Part shown: positions 9,427 to 21,167 of the stretch, piece by piece
How the letters are laid out: every line of letters begins with the position of its first letter
How positions within the stretch are numbered: the stretch's first letter is position 1
Origin: Acaryochloris marina S15
GTDB lineage: Bacteria > Cyanobacteriota > Cyanobacteriia > Thermosynechococcales > Thermosynechococcaceae
Assembly (NCBI RefSeq): GCF_018336915.1
Contig: NZ_CP064923.1
Coordinates: forward strand, 4,500,001 to 4,532,000
DNA length: 32,000 nucleotides
Reading direction: 5' to 3'
The notes under the pieces: generated by a model
What the model was told of the DNA's origin: nothing
What the model saw: the letters and a program-made list of their open reading frames with translations, nothing else
The model's database searches: none
Program-made: the position numbers and the translations under genes

Positions 9427-10656
9427 CTATTTCAGGATTTTGGAGACAACACCAGCTCCAACAGTCCGGCCACCTTCACGAATCGCAAATCGCATCCCTT
9501 GCTCAATCGCAATAGGGTTGATTAATTCAACTGTCATTTTAATGCGATCGCCAGGCATAACCATCTCAGCGGCACTACCATCGTCAGCTGTAAAAGCGCT
9601 GATTGTACCCGTTACATCTGTCGTTCTGACATAGAACTGGGGTCGGTAACCAGGGAAAAACGGTGTATGACGTCCTCCCTCATCTTTCTTGAGGATATAA
9701 ACTTCAGACTCAAACTGGGTATGAGGAGTAATTGAACCAGGCTTGGCTAACACCATGCCACGCTCAATATCTTCTTTTTGAACACCCCGCAAAAGTAAGC
9801 CGACGTTATCACCAGCCATCCCTTCATCAAGGGTCTTTTGGAACATCTCAACACCAGTCACAGTAGTATTGCGTGTATCTCTAATTCCAACTAACTCGAC
9901 AGTCTCGCCAACGACAACCTTGCCCCGCTCGATCCGTCCAGTAGCGACTGTTCCACGACCTGTAATAGAGAAGACATCTTCTACAGCCATCAAGAAAGGC
10001 TTATCAATATCTCTTTCAGGAGTAGGAATATAGGCATCCACTTCATCCATCAAAGCGTAGATTTTATCTACCCACTCGTTGTCTCCTTTCTTCATGGAGT
10101 CCGCACCATTGAGGGCTTCTAAAGCCATTAGCGCCGAGCCAGAAACGATGGGAATATCATCTCCTGGGAAATCATAGTCGTTTAAAAGTTCTCGAACTTC
10201 TAGCTCAACCAACTCTAGCAACTCTTCATCATCTACCTGGTCTTGCTTATTCATAAAGACCACAATATTGGGAACCCCAACCTGCTTAGCCAGTAGAATA
10301 TGTTCACGAGTTTGGGGCATGGGACCATCAGCAGCGGAGACTACTAATACTGCTCCATCCATCTGGGCAGCCCCAGTAATCATATTTTTGACATAGTCAG
10401 CATGCCCAGGACAGTCCACGTGGGCATAGTGACGATCCGTCGTCTCATACTCCACGTGAGCCGTATTAATCGTGATCCCTCTTTCCCGCTCTTCCGGGGC
10501 CGCATCAATGTCATCGTACTTCCTGGCTTTAGCTTGGCCAATGGCAGCGAGAGACATGGTGATTGCTGCTGTCAAAGTGGTTTTACCATGATCAACGTGA
10601 CCAATGGTACCAATGTTGACGTGGGGTTTTGTTCGTTCAAATTTTGCGCGTGCCAT
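9427..10656 (-). CDS. tuf: Elongation factor Tu
   Basis: [36 protein letters not shown] and NKQD GTPase motifs. 409 aa. Confidence 0.98.
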   Translation of the reverse strand: MARAKFERTKPHVNIGTIGHVDHGKTTLTAAITMSLAAIGQAKARKYDDIDAAPEERERGITINTAHVEYETTDRHYAHVDCPGHADYVKNMITGAAQMDGAVLVVSAADGPMPQTREHILLAKQVGVPNIVVFMNKQDQVDDEELLELVELEVRELLNDYDFPGDDIPIVSGSALMALEALNGADSMKKGDNEWVDKIYALMDEVDAYIPTPERDIDKPFLMAVEDVFSITGRGTVATGRIERGKVVVGETVELVGIRDTRNTTVTGVEMFQKTLDEGMAGDNVGLLLRGVQKEDIERGMVLAKPGSITPHTQFESEVYILKKDEGGRHTPFFPGYRPQFYVRTTDVTGTISAFTADDGSAAEMVMPGDRIKMTVELINPIAIEQGMRFAIREGGRTVGAGVVSKILK

Positions 10657-10681
10657 GTATCAACTATTCCTTTTCGATGAA

Positions 10682-12757
10682 TTATGCGTTCCCTTTGTTT
10701 TTTTCGATAATGGGTTCAGCCACATTACGAGGAACGTCCTCGTAGTTACCAAACTCCATTGTAAAGATACCTCGACCCTGAGTCATAGACCGGATATCTG
10801 TGGCATAGCCAAACATGGTCGCCAATGGGACTTTAGTCGTCACCTTGGCGAGCCCTTGGGCCACTTCTTGACCTTCGATTTGGCCTCTTCGAGAAATGAG
10901 GTCACCCATTACAGGGCCGAGGAAGTCTTCAGGTACTTCTACCTCAACTTTCATCATGGGCTCTAGCAGCGCAGGTGAGGCTTGCATTACCCCATCTTTG
11001 ATTGCTATTGAGCCCGCGATTTTAAAGGCCATTTCAGAAGAATCAACATCATGGTAAGACCCATCAACTAATGTCGCTTTGACATCAATGAGGGGATAAC
11101 CAGCTAAGATACCAGATTCGCAAGCTTCTTTCATCCCTTGCTCAGCCGGACCAATAAACTCTTTAGGGATAGAACCTCCCACAATTTTTGAGATAAATTC
11201 AAAACCAGTGCCCTCTTCAGCGGGTTCTATCTCAACAACAACATGACCATATTGGCCTTTCCCCCCACTTTGCCGTACAAACTTGCCTTCAGCAGTCACT
11301 GCTTTACGAATCGTCTCTCGATAGGCTACTTGGGGGGCTCCAATATTAGCCTCCACTTTAAATTCTCGTAGCATCCGATCAATCAAAATCTCTAGATGCA
11401 GCTCACCCATACCTGCAATCACTGTCTGATTGGTTTCCGGGTCCACACTGACGCGAAAGGTAGGGTCTTCTTGAGATAAAGATTGCAAGGCTTTGGAGAG
11501 CTTATCCATATCCTGCTTGGTTTTAGGCTCTACTGCCACAGAAATCACAGGTTCAGGAATAAATAAAGACTCCAGGACAATGGGCTTCGCCGCATTGCAT
11601 AGAGTTTCGCCGGTAAAAGTATCCTTAAGACCTAGGGCAGCTCCTAAATCTCCTGCGCGCAACTCATCAACCTCAATTCGATCATCAGCTTTCATGATAA
11701 TCAGCCTTGAAACACGCTCTTTTTTGTCCTTAGTAGGATTGAGGATATAGCTGCCTTTGGTGAGAACGCCTGAATACACCCGGATAAAGGTAAGTCGTCC
11801 ATAGGGATCGGACATCACTTTAAATGCGAGGGCAGCCAAAGGCGCTTCATCATCAGCCGGACGCTCAGCTTCAGTGCCATCCAATAATGTCCCTCGAATA
11901 GCAGGAACATCAATCGGTGCTGGCATATAGTCAATCACAGCATCCAAAAGCAGCTGAACGCCTTTATTTTTAAAGGCAGAGCCACAAAGAATAGGGACTA
12001 TCGTGCCTGCAATGGTGCCACGACGCAAAGCTGATTGAACTTCTGTTTCTGATAAAGATTCACCTTCGAGATACTTCTCCATCAAGGCATCATCTGCTTC
12101 AGCAATTGCCTCAACTAGAAGTGTTCGATACTCTTGAGCTCGCTCTTGATTAGACTCAGGAATCTCAGTCTCTTGAATATCTGTACCTTGATCATTGGTA
12201 TAGATGAAGGCTTTCATATTGACTAGATCAACAATGCCCTCAAATTTATCTTCACTACCAATTGGAATTTGAATAGCGACGGCATTGGCTTTAAGACGAT
12301 CACGAATTTGATCATAAACCTTGAAAAAATTCGCACCCGTCCGATCCATTTTGTTGACGAATACAATTCGGGGAATCTGATAACGATCAGCTTGCCGCCA
12401 AACTGTCTCTGATTGAGGTTGAACACCCCCTACAGAACAGAAAACCGCAATCACGCCATCTAATACTCGCATTGAGCGTTCAACTTCAATCGTGAAATCT
12501 ACATGCCCAGGCGTATCAATAATGTTGACCTGATGATCTTGCCAGGTTGTGGAAATGGCGGCAGCGGTAATAGTGATACCACGCTCCCGTTCCTGATCCA
12601 TCCAATCAGTAACTGTATTGCCATCATGAACTTCTCCGACCTTGTGTACCACACCGGAGTAGAACAAAATACGCTCAGTTGTTGTCGTTTTTCCCGCATC
12701 AATATGGGCTGCAATGCCAATATTGCGCACTTTCTCTAGCGGGACGGAACGTGCCAC
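10682..12757 (-). CDS. fusA: Elongation factor G
   Basis: [30 protein letters not shown] and NKMD motifs. 691 aa. GTG start. Confidence 0.98.
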   Translation of the reverse strand: MARSVPLEKVRNIGIAAHIDAGKTTTTERILFYSGVVHKVGEVHDGNTVTDWMDQERERGITITAAAISTTWQDHQVNIIDTPGHVDFTIEVERSMRVLDGVIAVFCSVGGVQPQSETVWRQADRYQIPRIVFVNKMDRTGANFFKVYDQIRDRLKANAVAIQIPIGSEDKFEGIVDLVNMKAFIYTNDQGTDIQETEIPESNQERAQEYRTLLVEAIAEADDALMEKYLEGESLSETEVQSALRRGTIAGTIVPILCGSAFKNKGVQLLLDAVIDYMPAPIDVPAIRGTLLDGTEAERPADDEAPLAALAFKVMSDPYGRLTFIRVYSGVLTKGSYILNPTKDKKERVSRLIIMKADDRIEVDELRAGDLGAALGLKDTFTGETLCNAAKPIVLESLFIPEPVISVAVEPKTKQDMDKLSKALQSLSQEDPTFRVSVDPETNQTVIAGMGELHLEILIDRMLREFKVEANIGAPQVAYRETIRKAVTAEGKFVRQSGGKGQYGHVVVEIEPAEEGTGFEFISKIVGGSIPKEFIGPAEQGMKEACESGILAGYPLIDVKATLVDGSYHDVDSSEMAFKIAGSIAIKDGVMQASPALLEPMMKVEVEVPEDFLGPVMGDLISRRGQIEGQEVAQGLAKVTTKVPLATMFGYATDIRSMTQGRGIFTMEFGNYEDVPRNVAEPIIEKNKGNA

Positions 12758-12854
12758 AGCTACCTCCTTCGCCCTAGCAAGTTATTTGCATAAGGGTATA
12801 CAACATTCTTGCTGCAATGATTCTATAACTTTTTTCAGATAAACTTCACAAAAC

Positions 12855-13325
12855 TTAGTAGCGATAATGGGCAAACGCTTTATTGGCCTCTGCCATACGA
12901 TGAGTTTCTTCACGCTTACGTATCGCTGCGCCTGTTTCGTTAGCAGCATCGATCAGTTCGTTAGCCAGTTTACTCACCATAGATCGCCCAGGACGCTGGC
13001 GCGAAAAGCGAATAATCCATCGCAACGCCAAGGCAATGCCTCGATCAGATCGAACTTCCATCGGGACTTGATAGGTAGCACCACCCACCCGGCGAGCTTT
13101 CACTTCTACTAATGGCGTTACATTACGAACAGCCGTTTCAAACACCTCTAAGGGGTCTTGATTGGTACGTTCTTCGATAATTTTCAAAGCATCATAAAGA
13201 ATACGAGAGGCCAAAGATTTCTTCCCACTCGCCATCAAACGCCGAATAGTCATACTGATGAGGCGGCTATTGTAAACCGGATCGGGAGGAACAGGGCGCT
13301 TTTGGGCACGAATACGACGAGACAT
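12855..13325 (-). CDS. rpsG: 30S ribosomal protein S7
   Basis: [11 protein letters not shown]...[29 protein letters not shown]. Confidence 0.97.
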   Translation of the reverse strand: MSRRIRAQKRPVPPDPVYNSRLISMTIRRLMASGKKSLASRILYDALKIIEERTNQDPLEVFETAVRNVTPLVEVKARRVGGATYQVPMEVRSDRGIALALRWIIRFSRQRPGRSMVSKLANELIDAANETGAAIRKREETHRMAEANKAFAHYRY

Positions 13326-13523
13326 GAGAAATCCTACACAAGATAGTAATAATTAAGGGCTTATGGATCCTCGCTACTTCGAGGAACACATTGTCAGACT
13401 ACGCAAACTGCGGCAATCTATCTAAAGCTTGAACTGATGAGGGAAATAGTATTAAGGTGTCCCCAAAACATAAGCCACAGTCAGGGAACTCTACTCAATC
13501 TCAGGTTAAGAGCGCTGGAGCTA

Positions 13524-13904
13524 CTAACTCTTACCTTTAGGACGCTTTGCTCCATATTTTGAACGACTTTGACGTCTATCTTTAACTCCAGCAGTATCCA
13601 AAGTACCGCGGATAATATGGTAGCGAACACCCGGCAAATCTTTAACACGACCACCCCGAATCATGACAACGGAATGCTCTTGCAAATTATGGCCAATTCC
13701 AGGGATGTAGGCTGTAACCTCAAATCCAGAAGTTAAACGGACCCTGGCGACTTTCCGCAATGCAGAGTTGGGCTTCTTAGGGGTTGTGGTATAAACGCGA
13801 GTACAAACACCACGGCGCTGAGGACAGCTTTTTAAAGCCGGAGACTTTGTCTTCTTCTTTGTGTTGTAACGCTCGCTGCGGATAAGCTGCTGAATTGTGG
13901 GCAT
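13524..13904 (-). CDS. rpsL: 30S ribosomal protein S12
   Basis: MPTIQQLIR...[31 protein letters not shown]...[18 protein letters not shown]. Confidence 0.97.
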   Translation of the reverse strand: MPTIQQLIRSERYNTKKKTKSPALKSCPQRRGVCTRVYTTTPKKPNSALRKVARVRLTSGFEVTAYIPGIGHNLQEHSVVMIRGGRVKDLPGVRYHIIRGTLDTAGVKDRRQSRSKYGAKRPKGKS

Positions 13905-13956
13905 AGATGGGCGATAGTAAGTTGAGTTAGGATTTTGAATTCTTCCAAATCCTAAC

Positions 13957-13984
13957 TATATAGATCTTTGCGGCCTTGTGTCAA
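13957..13984 (-). promoter_or_regulatory. Candidate sigma70-type promoter of the str operon
   Basis: Minus strand reads TTGACA (13984-13979), 16 bp, TATATA (13962-13957). It lies directly after the ybaB stop and about 55 nt upstream of the rpsL ATG. Confidence 0.45.
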
Positions 13985-13985
13985 C

Positions 13986-14342
13986 TTACCCACCTAAACC
14001 CGGCAAATTAAGATCGCCTGTCAAGTCTTCCATGCGTTCTCTCATCGTGTCGGTAGACTTATGGTACGCATCTTTCATCGCTTCAGCAACCAGTTCAGAT
14101 AATGCATCTAGGCCTTTATCCACGGCCTCTTGGGTAATTTCAGCACGAATAGGTTCTTGGTTACCGCTCATGACAACCTTAACTAAGCCACCACCAGCTT
14201 GACCCTCGATCTCCATTTGTTCAAGATCTTCTTGTAATTGCTTTGCACCTTCTTGCACTTGTTGTGCTTTCTGGATAGCTGCAGCTAGTTCTTTCATTTT
14301 GCCGAGGCCGAAGCCAAAGCCTTGTCCTTGCTCTTTTGGCAT
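13986..14342 (-). CDS. ybaB: Nucleoid-associated protein YbaB/EbfC family
   Basis: [26 protein letters not shown]...[20 protein letters not shown] is typical YbaB. Confidence 0.9.
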   Translation of the reverse strand: MPKEQGQGFGFGLGKMKELAAAIQKAQQVQEGAKQLQEDLEQMEIEGQAGGGLVKVVMSGNQEPIRAEITQEAVDKGLDALSELVAEAMKDAYHKSTDTMRERMEDLTGDLNLPGLGG

Positions 14343-14473
14343 AGTCTTTATGGTTTGTTAATGTGCTTGAATCTTTGCTTTGCTCTAGATGAGCTCTTTT
14401 AAGGAACTTCAAATTGAACTGTTTACTATGATACTGAGAGTCTACCCCAAGAGGCGTAAAGGGAATCTACTTT

Positions 14474-15400
14474 CTAGGTGATTTGTGGGAATTCACCCAA
14501 CATTTTCACTTCTGGCTTGAGAAGCAACGACCAATTTTCCTCAACTTTTTGCTGAACATAATGAATCAGATTGAAGATGTCAGTTGCCGTAGCGTTATCA
14601 GAGTTAAGGATGAAGTTAGCGTGCTTCTGAGCAACTTGCGCCCCTCCGAGTGAATATCCTTTCAATCCTGATTGTTCAATTAACCAACCTGCCGTCCGAG
14701 GAAGAGGATTGCGAAACACACTGCCACAGCTTGGCCAATCATAGGGTTGTGTACTGAGACGATGATCCAAGTGCGATTGAGTCGTTGCCTTGACCTGGTC
14801 AGTAGATTGATTAGCACTGAGTTGAAACACCCCCTGTAAAACGGGTTTGGGAGATTGCTGCAAGATAGAGGACCGATATTGAAATGCCATGTGTTCAGGT
14901 TTCAATACCTGAATAGTCCCATTTCTCTCTAGGACATGAACCTCAGCTAAAACATCCGCAGTACATCCACCATGCGCACCAGCATTCATGACCAATGCTC
15001 CGCCCACAGTTCCAGGAATACCGACGGCCCATTCCAATCCAGACCAACCTCGTTTAGCAGCCTGCCAAGCCAGTTTAGGTAACGATTCCCCAGCATAGGC
15101 TGTGACTTGACAAGTATCAGGCTCGAACGTCCTTTGCCGCAAATATCGCGTTGAGATGACTAAGCCAGGTAAGCCCTGATCACTAATCAGTAAGTTTGAC
15201 CCTGCGCCCAAAAAGGTAATGGGCAGATTTTGCTCATTAGCCCATGCATAACTACCTTGTAGTTCTTCCAGATTATGGGGAGCAATAAACCATTCTGCGG
15301 CGCCCCCCACACGGAATGTCGTCATATCTGCCAAACTCACATGAGGCTGAATCTCGCAGGTTCCATTGTCAATAAAGATGGAGGGTGAAGACTGAGTCAT
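14474..15400 (-). CDS. murB: UDP-N-acetylenolpyruvoylglucosamine reductase
   Basis: FRVGGAAEWF, LGAGSNLLISD, GIPGTVGGALVMNAGAHG and PSCGSVFRNP motifs. ATGA start/stop overlap with murC. Confidence 0.93.
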   Translation of the reverse strand: MTQSSPSIFIDNGTCEIQPHVSLADMTTFRVGGAAEWFIAPHNLEELQGSYAWANEQNLPITFLGAGSNLLISDQGLPGLVISTRYLRQRTFEPDTCQVTAYAGESLPKLAWQAAKRGWSGLEWAVGIPGTVGGALVMNAGAHGGCTADVLAEVHVLERNGTIQVLKPEHMAFQYRSSILQQSPKPVLQGVFQLSANQSTDQVKATTQSHLDHRLSTQPYDWPSCGSVFRNPLPRTAGWLIEQSGLKGYSLGGAQVAQKHANFILNSDNATATDIFNLIHYVQQKVEENWSLLLKPEVKMLGEFPQIT

Positions 15401-16860
15401 TGCAAAACAACCTCAGGAGAAGGTTTTGAAGAAACCTGATAATGGGCAAGTAAGTCTGGAATGATACGGTTCAAATCTCCTGCTCCCAAGAATAGAACTA
15501 CATCACCCGATTGCAAATGTCCCTGTAAAAAATCGATAACATTGGCCAGGGTTGGTTGATAAGTTACGGCAGAATGGTTAGAGGTAATTGCATTTGCCAA
15601 CTTTTGACCATCAATAGTGCCAGGATTTGCTTCTCCAGCGCTATAAATATCAGTCACAACGACTAAATCTGCATCTTGAAACGATTGGCTAAACTCTTGA
15701 AAGAAGGTAATTGCACGGCTATAGCGGTGGGGCTGAAAGACAGCTACAACTCTTGATTGAGAATAGGTTGCAGCCGCAGCTTGGGCTTGAAGCTTCGCGG
15801 ATGCCAAGGTCACTTGAATTTCACTCGGATGATGCGCATAATCATCTATCAAACAAATCCCTTGCGCTTCTCCATAAATTTCGAAACGGCGTTTAGCCCC
15901 CGAGAAAGTCTGCAATGCTTCCGCAATGGTGGGGAATTCTAGGCCTACATAACGGCCAATCGCAACGGCTGCCAGGGCATTACTGAGGTTATGTTCCCCC
16001 AGCAAAGGCAGTTCTAATGACCCTAAGCTCTCCTCACGTTCTAGGATATCTACGATTGTTCCTTGGCCTGAATATTCAATATTTTGCACCGTATAATCTG
16101 CCGATATTTCAGCATTCAGACTGTAAGTAATCATAGGCTGATCGGGGGCTGATGTAGAAAAACGATCAGCGATAGTGGGGCAATCAATCGAAACGATCAG
16201 GGTATGGCAATGGTCTACAAACTGTTCAAAGATGCCAACCACTTGATCTAGAGAGGTGTAGTGATCAGGGTGATCAAGTTCAATATTGGTAATGACACCA
16301 ATATGAGGGAAGAACTTAACGAGGGACCCATCCGATTCATCGGCCTCAGCGACTAAATAGGGGCTATCGCCAGTGCGGGCATTCCCACCCCATGCAGCGA
16401 CCTCTCCACCCACAATAATGGTGGGATCTAAACTCGCTTTCAACAATAAATAGCCTACCAAGCTACTGGTTGTTGTTTTACCATGAGTTCCAGCAATTGC
16501 AATGCTTTGAGAGAACTCTTGCATTAGCGCTGCCAGCACATCAGAGCGATGAAAGATAGGACATCCTGCCTGCACAGCAGCCTGGTATTCAGGATTATCC
16601 TCGTGAATGGCCGTTGAGCAAATCACTTGAGGGGGGGCAGAAGAATCTTGGCAAAGCTGCTTGATGTTAGTAGCTTCTTGACGAGAAAAGATTCGAGCGC
16701 CCTGGGACTCTAACTTTTGAGTGATATGGTTAGCTCGAACATCTGAACCCGATATAGGCAATTGTCGTTTGAGGAGGATATGGGCTAGTGCAGACATGCC
16801 GATACCACCAATACCAATGAAGTGAATGGGACGGCCACCTAAATCGACTGCACTTTGCAT
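15397..16860 (-). CDS. murC: UDP-N-acetylmuramate--L-alanine ligase
   Basis: IHFIGIGGIGMSALA, AIAGTHGKTTTSSL and DDYAHHPSEI motifs. ATG at 16860 preferred over the ORF-track start at 16890. Confidence 0.93.
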   Translation of the reverse strand: MQSAVDLGGRPIHFIGIGGIGMSALAHILLKRQLPISGSDVRANHITQKLESQGARIFSRQEATNIKQLCQDSSAPPQVICSTAIHEDNPEYQAAVQAGCPIFHRSDVLAALMQEFSQSIAIAGTHGKTTTSSLVGYLLLKASLDPTIIVGGEVAAWGGNARTGDSPYLVAEADESDGSLVKFFPHIGVITNIELDHPDHYTSLDQVVGIFEQFVDHCHTLIVSIDCPTIADRFSTSAPDQPMITYSLNAEISADYTVQNIEYSGQGTIVDILEREESLGSLELPLLGEHNLSNALAAVAIGRYVGLEFPTIAEALQTFSGAKRRFEIYGEAQGICLIDDYAHHPSEIQVTLASAKLQAQAAAATYSQSRVVAVFQPHRYSRAITFFQEFSQSFQDADLVVVTDIYSAGEANPGTIDGQKLANAITSNHSAVTYQPTLANVIDFLQGHLQSGDVVLFLGAGDLNRIIPDLLAHYQVSSKPSPEVVLQ

Positions 16861-17296
16861 TACTGTATTTCGCTCCTTCTCGGCCCACACCTAGTTACAC
16901 GCGACATCATAGCAGGAACTCTAAAAAATTCGAGTCCTTTCCTTGCTTCCAGCAAATCTCTTCTGGATTTATATCAATCTTGATGCTGCTGACATTGCCA
17001 GCATTTTTTACTCTCTATCCTGCAGGTAAAAAGCTAAAGCTTATAGATGCACAAGCATCCTGAGTCCTATAGAGTTTTAACTACCACTTTGTTTGCTAGC
17101 TGATTGTATTTACAAGAACGACTTATAATTTTCTTCTGTAAAATTTTTAATACCTTCCCACCTATGGTGTCAATCTGGTTATGGTTGGAAGTCTCGCCAA
17201 CACCCCGAACAACCCGAATATGTAATTATCTGTAATGGTTGGCATGATACTGTTTGCGATCGCATTTCCAAGACATCCATTTGAGTGACGTTACCC

Positions 17297-18049
17297 ATGA
17301 GCGAACCACGGTTAGCCTCGATCAAAATTGTTTTAGTCGAGCCGGCTGGCCCCCTCAATGTGGGGAGCATCGCCCGAGTGATGAAAAACATGGGGTTAGG
17401 ACAGTTAGTGCTCGTCAATCCCCACTGTGATCCCTTAGGTCCAGAAGCCCAACAGATGGCAGTTCATGCCGCTGACGTCTTATCCCAGGCAACAACAGTT
17501 CAGACTTTAGCCGAAGCACTCGTAGGATGTCAGCGAGTGGTGGCCACCACCGCCCGACAACGGCGATTACAGGTGATGACTCAGGCACCGAAACAGATCT
17601 TGCCCTGGATACTAGAAGATGAAGCCGCATTGATCTTTGGCCCGGAAGATCGAGGACTGAGTAATGAAGAACTTTATCATGCCCAAGCTTTCCTCCAAAT
17701 CCCTACGAGTTCTGACTATGCAGCCTTAAATCTAGCCCAGGCCGTCACGATTTGCTGTTACGAGTTGCGTCAATGCCTATTCACAGACCTTGACAACCTG
17801 CCCACTGGACCTAGAATTGCAGAGTCTAATCATCCTCAGACAGAATTGGCCCCCTTCCAACAAATGGAAGCGTTCTATCAAGCCCTAGAGCTCGCCTTAT
17901 TGGACATCGGCTATCTCCATCCCCATACAGCAACCGTTAGGATGCAAAAACTACGGCAGCTCTTTAATCGCAGCCAGCTATCAACCCAGGAATTAGCTAT
18001 GTTAAGGGGGATGATTCGTCAGGTACACTGGAAAATTCAGGCAAATTGA
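17297..18049 (+). CDS. SpoU/TrmH-family RNA 2'-O-methyltransferase, TrmJ-like
   Basis: IKIVLVEPAGPLNVGSIARVMKNMGLGQLVLVNP, ALIFGPEDRGLSNEEL and LNLAQAVTICCYEL. ATG at 17297. Confidence 0.8.
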   Translation: MSEPRLASIKIVLVEPAGPLNVGSIARVMKNMGLGQLVLVNPHCDPLGPEAQQMAVHAADVLSQATTVQTLAEALVGCQRVVATTARQRRLQVMTQAPKQILPWILEDEAALIFGPEDRGLSNEELYHAQAFLQIPTSSDYAALNLAQAVTICCYELRQCLFTDLDNLPTGPRIAESNHPQTELAPFQQMEAFYQALELALLDIGYLHPHTATVRMQKLRQLFNRSQLSTQELAMLRGMIRQVHWKIQAN

Positions 18050-18180
18050 TTAAAATACCCATAATCTTTTGCTGTAGGTAATGCTTCAAAGATTGAATAA
18101 AGCTTTGGAAATTGCCGATCCAGATTGAAGAGGATTAAAGTCCTCTGAAACATTGCGCTCCATCACGTCTATAGCCCAAT

Positions 18181-19584
18181 TTGTTGATTCAGGAGAGGGT
18201 GGTGCTTCAACACTCCAGGCAATCTTTGACTTCACGACAGCAGCGCCAGTTATGGCAGCAGCGCCGGAGGATGCATCAAACGCGCCGAGCAATGCGCAAA
18301 CAGCTTGTGCAGCAAACTCAGCATCGCGCCCCTTCTAAGCATCTCCGAGCCCCCTCTCCTTCCCCTCAGCCCCAAAGATCCCAAGGCATTTCCCGAAAAC
18401 CGGCTCCAAGGAATTCGTCTGCCTCAAAATCATCTATTCGACCAACCCGGCCCCGAACTAAAACTCATTCCAGCTCTTGGGGATGGTTTGTATATCTCAC
18501 TCGTTTAGCAATTGTTGGCTCTGGGGTCGCTGCGATTGCAGGTACCGCCTTGACCGTCTTTGATCCCACACCCCACTCATCATCTTCTGGGTCCCCCTCT
18601 ATATCCTCTGCCCTAGCCCCCATTCCCCTGAAGTCTGTAAGCACAATAAATTCTGAGCCAGCGATTGAACCGAAAAACTTTGATACCCAGCCGGATGGTC
18701 CACAGTCTTTGTTTTATCGATGGTCCCAAGAGCCCCGGATGAAACGCTTGGTTCGAGAAGGGCAAGAGCTATCAACGATCAAGGGACAAATCCAGCAGTG
18801 GTCTGCAGCTCAATCGGAGCTTAAGCCCGCTATGTTTTTCCTGAATCCCAGCACTGGCGAATATCTAGATATCAACGGGGCAAAAAGCATATCCGCCGCT
18901 AGTACTATCAAAATCCCTGTCTTGCTCGCTTTTTTTGAGGAAGTTGATGCTGGCACTATTGACCTAGATGAGCCCTTAGTGATGCGTCAGGATCTGGTGG
19001 CATCTGAAGCCGGCTCCATGCAATATGAACCTGTGGGAACGACGTTTTCAGCTCTAGAAACAGCGGAGTACATGATTGCGATCAGCGATAACACCGCGAC
19101 CAATATGCTGATTGATCGCCTAGGGGGTGCCCAAAAACTCAATCAGCGGTTTAAATCCTGGGGTCTTAAGCACACTGCCATCCGTAATCCTTTACCAGAC
19201 TTAGAGGGGACTAATACCATCAGCCCTCAAGATATGGCAGCCTTAATGCTAAAGCTCAAAGATGACGATCTACTCTTGTCTGCCAGTCGCGAGCAAGCAT
19301 TAGATATTTTGCGCCAGACGGTGACCAACACCCTACTTCCACAGGGGATAGATAAGGATGCCAATATTGCCCATAAAACTGGAGATATTGGCTCTGTTGT
19401 TGGGGATATAGGCCTCATCGACATGCCTAATGGCCAGCACTATGTTGCCGCCATTTTAGTTCAGAGACCCCACAATGATCCCCGTGCCCAGGAACTGATT
19501 CGTAAGATCTCTAAACTCACTTACAGAACATTTCGAAAACAGGATCCATCCATTGCCACTCCTGCCACAACATCAGACAATTAG
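18181..19584 (+). CDS. Membrane-anchored class-A beta-lactamase-like serine hydrolase with a basic N-terminal tail
   Basis: SxxK (ASTIKIPVLL), SDN (ISDNTATN) and KTG (HKTGDIG) motifs. One TM helix (LAIVGSGVAAIAGTALTVF) follows an R/Q/S/P-rich region. The true start is uncertain: TTG at 18181 or ATG at 18271 are candidates. Confidence 0.75.
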   Translation: MLIQERVVLQHSRQSLTSRQQRQLWQQRRRMHQTRRAMRKQLVQQTQHRAPSKHLRAPSPSPQPQRSQGISRKPAPRNSSASKSSIRPTRPRTKTHSSSWGWFVYLTRLAIVGSGVAAIAGTALTVFDPTPHSSSSGSPSISSALAPIPLKSVSTINSEPAIEPKNFDTQPDGPQSLFYRWSQEPRMKRLVREGQELSTIKGQIQQWSAAQSELKPAMFFLNPSTGEYLDINGAKSISAASTIKIPVLLAFFEEVDAGTIDLDEPLVMRQDLVASEAGSMQYEPVGTTFSALETAEYMIAISDNTATNMLIDRLGGAQKLNQRFKSWGLKHTAIRNPLPDLEGTNTISPQDMAALMLKLKDDDLLLSASREQALDILRQTVTNTLLPQGIDKDANIAHKTGDIGSVVGDIGLIDMPNGQHYVAAILVQRPHNDPRAQELIRKISKLTYRTFRKQDPSIATPATTSDN

Positions 19585-19620
19585 CAGATATAGGTTGGGA
19601 CTATAGGGTTTAAGACATCC

Positions 19621-19998
19621 ATGAGATCATGGCCATCTATCACTCCCATGAGCATCGATCGGAGCCTTCTTCACGAATACTCCGACGGCGATCGAGATTT
19701 CGAGCAAGAGCTCTTGCATTTGTTTGTGGATGATACTCAGCAACATTTAGCCAGCTTAAAAGCTGCTATCTCAACTCAGAACTTCGATATTGCCAAACGA
19801 GAAGCCCATCACATCAAAGGGGCCAGTGCTCATGTGGGTGCCGTAGCTATGTTTGCGATCGCAGCCGAAGTTGAAGCCCTAATCAAGCAACAAACCACAC
19901 CTCCGAGCCTCCCTTTACTCAGCCAGTTGGAAACAGCCTACCAAGACGTCATTGCCGTGACTGAGCAATGGGCTCATGAATCCACAACACTCAGTTAA
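19621..19998 (+). CDS. Stand-alone Hpt (histidine phosphotransfer) domain protein
   Basis: [15 protein letters not shown] contains the HxxKG phospho-accepting His motif. Predicted four-helix-bundle size (125 aa). Confidence 0.8.
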   Translation: MRSWPSITPMSIDRSLLHEYSDGDRDFEQELLHLFVDDTQQHLASLKAAISTQNFDIAKREAHHIKGASAHVGAVAMFAIAAEVEALIKQQTTPPSLPLLSQLETAYQDVIAVTEQWAHESTTLS

Positions 19999-20114
19999 GC
20001 TGTAGATTAGCTTGCCCATTCAGCGTCGCTCAAACCTCATTCGTCTTTAGACGTGGGCCAGAGCACTGGCAAAACAGCTATTTTCCCAACATTTTTCTCC
20101 CAGGCATTACTTTT

Positions 20115-21167
20115 ATGCGCTTCATCGACCAAACCGAAATATTCGTCAAAGCCGGAGACGGGGGAGACGGAATGGTGGCCTTCCGACGCGAGAAATACGT
20201 TCCTGCGGGCGGTCCTGCAGGAGGAAATGGGGGTCGAGGTGGCTCAGTGGTGCTCCAGGCTTCAACTAATCTCCAAACGCTGCTTGATTTCAAATACAAA
20301 CACCAATTTATTGCTGACGATGGCAAACGGGGCGGCCCCAAGAATTTAACCGGTGCATCGGGACAAGACCGCTTGATTGAAGTTCCCTGCGGAACGGTCA
20401 TTTATGATGCAGACTCCATGACTCTGTTAGGAGATTTAACCACGAATGGACAAACCCTAACGGTTGCCCAGGGAGGCAAAGGGGGATTGGGAAACAAACA
20501 TTTTCTGAGCAATCGTAATCGAGCACCAGAACATGCCCTGCCAGGACTACCTGGGGAGGAACTTCGACTTCAGCTAGAGTTGAAGCTCCTGGCAGAAGTT
20601 GGCATTATTGGGTTACCCAATGCTGGCAAATCAACCCTTATTTCCGTACTATCAGCAGCTCGCCCAAAAATTGCCGACTATCCTTTCACCACATTAGTCC
20701 CCAACCTGGGGGTCGTCCCTCGGTCAACGGGGGATGGTACCGTCTTCGCTGATATCCCTGGGCTAATCGAAGGTGCCCATGAGGGGGTTGGTTTAGGCCA
20801 TGATTTCCTTCGACATGTTGAGCGAACCCGGCTACTAGTCCATCTGGTTGATGCCACCGCTGAAAATCCAGAGCAAGACTACCAGACCATTCAGAAAGAA
20901 TTGTCTGCCTACGGTCAAGGCTTACACAAGCGACCCCAGTTATTGGCATTGAACAAAATAGATGCCATGGACTCAGCGCTACTGCTGCAAAAGCAAGCCA
21001 GCCTAGAGCAAATGAGCGGTAGCCCAGTGTATTTAATCTCTGCCGTGGCCCAACAGGGTCTAGACACTTTACTTCAACAAGTCTGGGAGGAATTAGATCA
21101 TCTACCCGACGAACCTCAAGATTCTCCACTCCCCATTCTGGACTCGCCCATCTTAAGAGAAACGTAA
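20115..21167 (+). CDS. obg: GTPase Obg/CgtA
   Basis: [43 protein letters not shown] Obg fold, with G motifs [13 protein letters not shown] and NKID. Confidence 0.95.
   Translation: MRFIDQTEIFVKAGDGGDGMVAFRREKYVPAGGPAGGNGGRGGSVVLQASTNLQTLLDFKYKHQFIADDGKRGGPKNLTGASGQDRLIEVPCGTVIYDADSMTLLGDLTTNGQTLTVAQGGKGGLGNKHFLSNRNRAPEHALPGLPGEELRLQLELKLLAEVGIIGLPNAGKSTLISVLSAARPKIADYPFTTLVPNLGVVPRSTGDGTVFADIPGLIEGAHEGVGLGHDFLRHVERTRLLVHLVDATAENPEQDYQTIQKELSAYGQGLHKRPQLLALNKIDAMDSALLLQKQASLEQMSGSPVYLISAVAQQGLDTLLQQVWEELDHLPDEPQDSPLPILDSPILRET

Noticed and set aside
16983-17009. Hairpin atgctg-N10-cagcat plus T6 in the murC/TrmJ-like divergent region as an sRNA terminator
   Set aside because: The stem is only 6 bp with a 10-nt loop, and I could identify no upstream promoter or conserved element. 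Too weak to call.
17179-17418. 79-aa minus-strand ORF overlapping the TrmJ-like gene start
   Set aside because: It overlaps a well-supported plus-strand gene and an intergenic promoter region, and its translation is Cys/Pro-rich noise.
20053-20401. ORFs 20053..20349 (+) and 20078..20401 (-) overlapping the 5' end of obg
   Set aside because: These are shadow frames of the Gly-rich Obg N-terminal domain (GGN/GGC repeats keep alternative frames open). No independent support.
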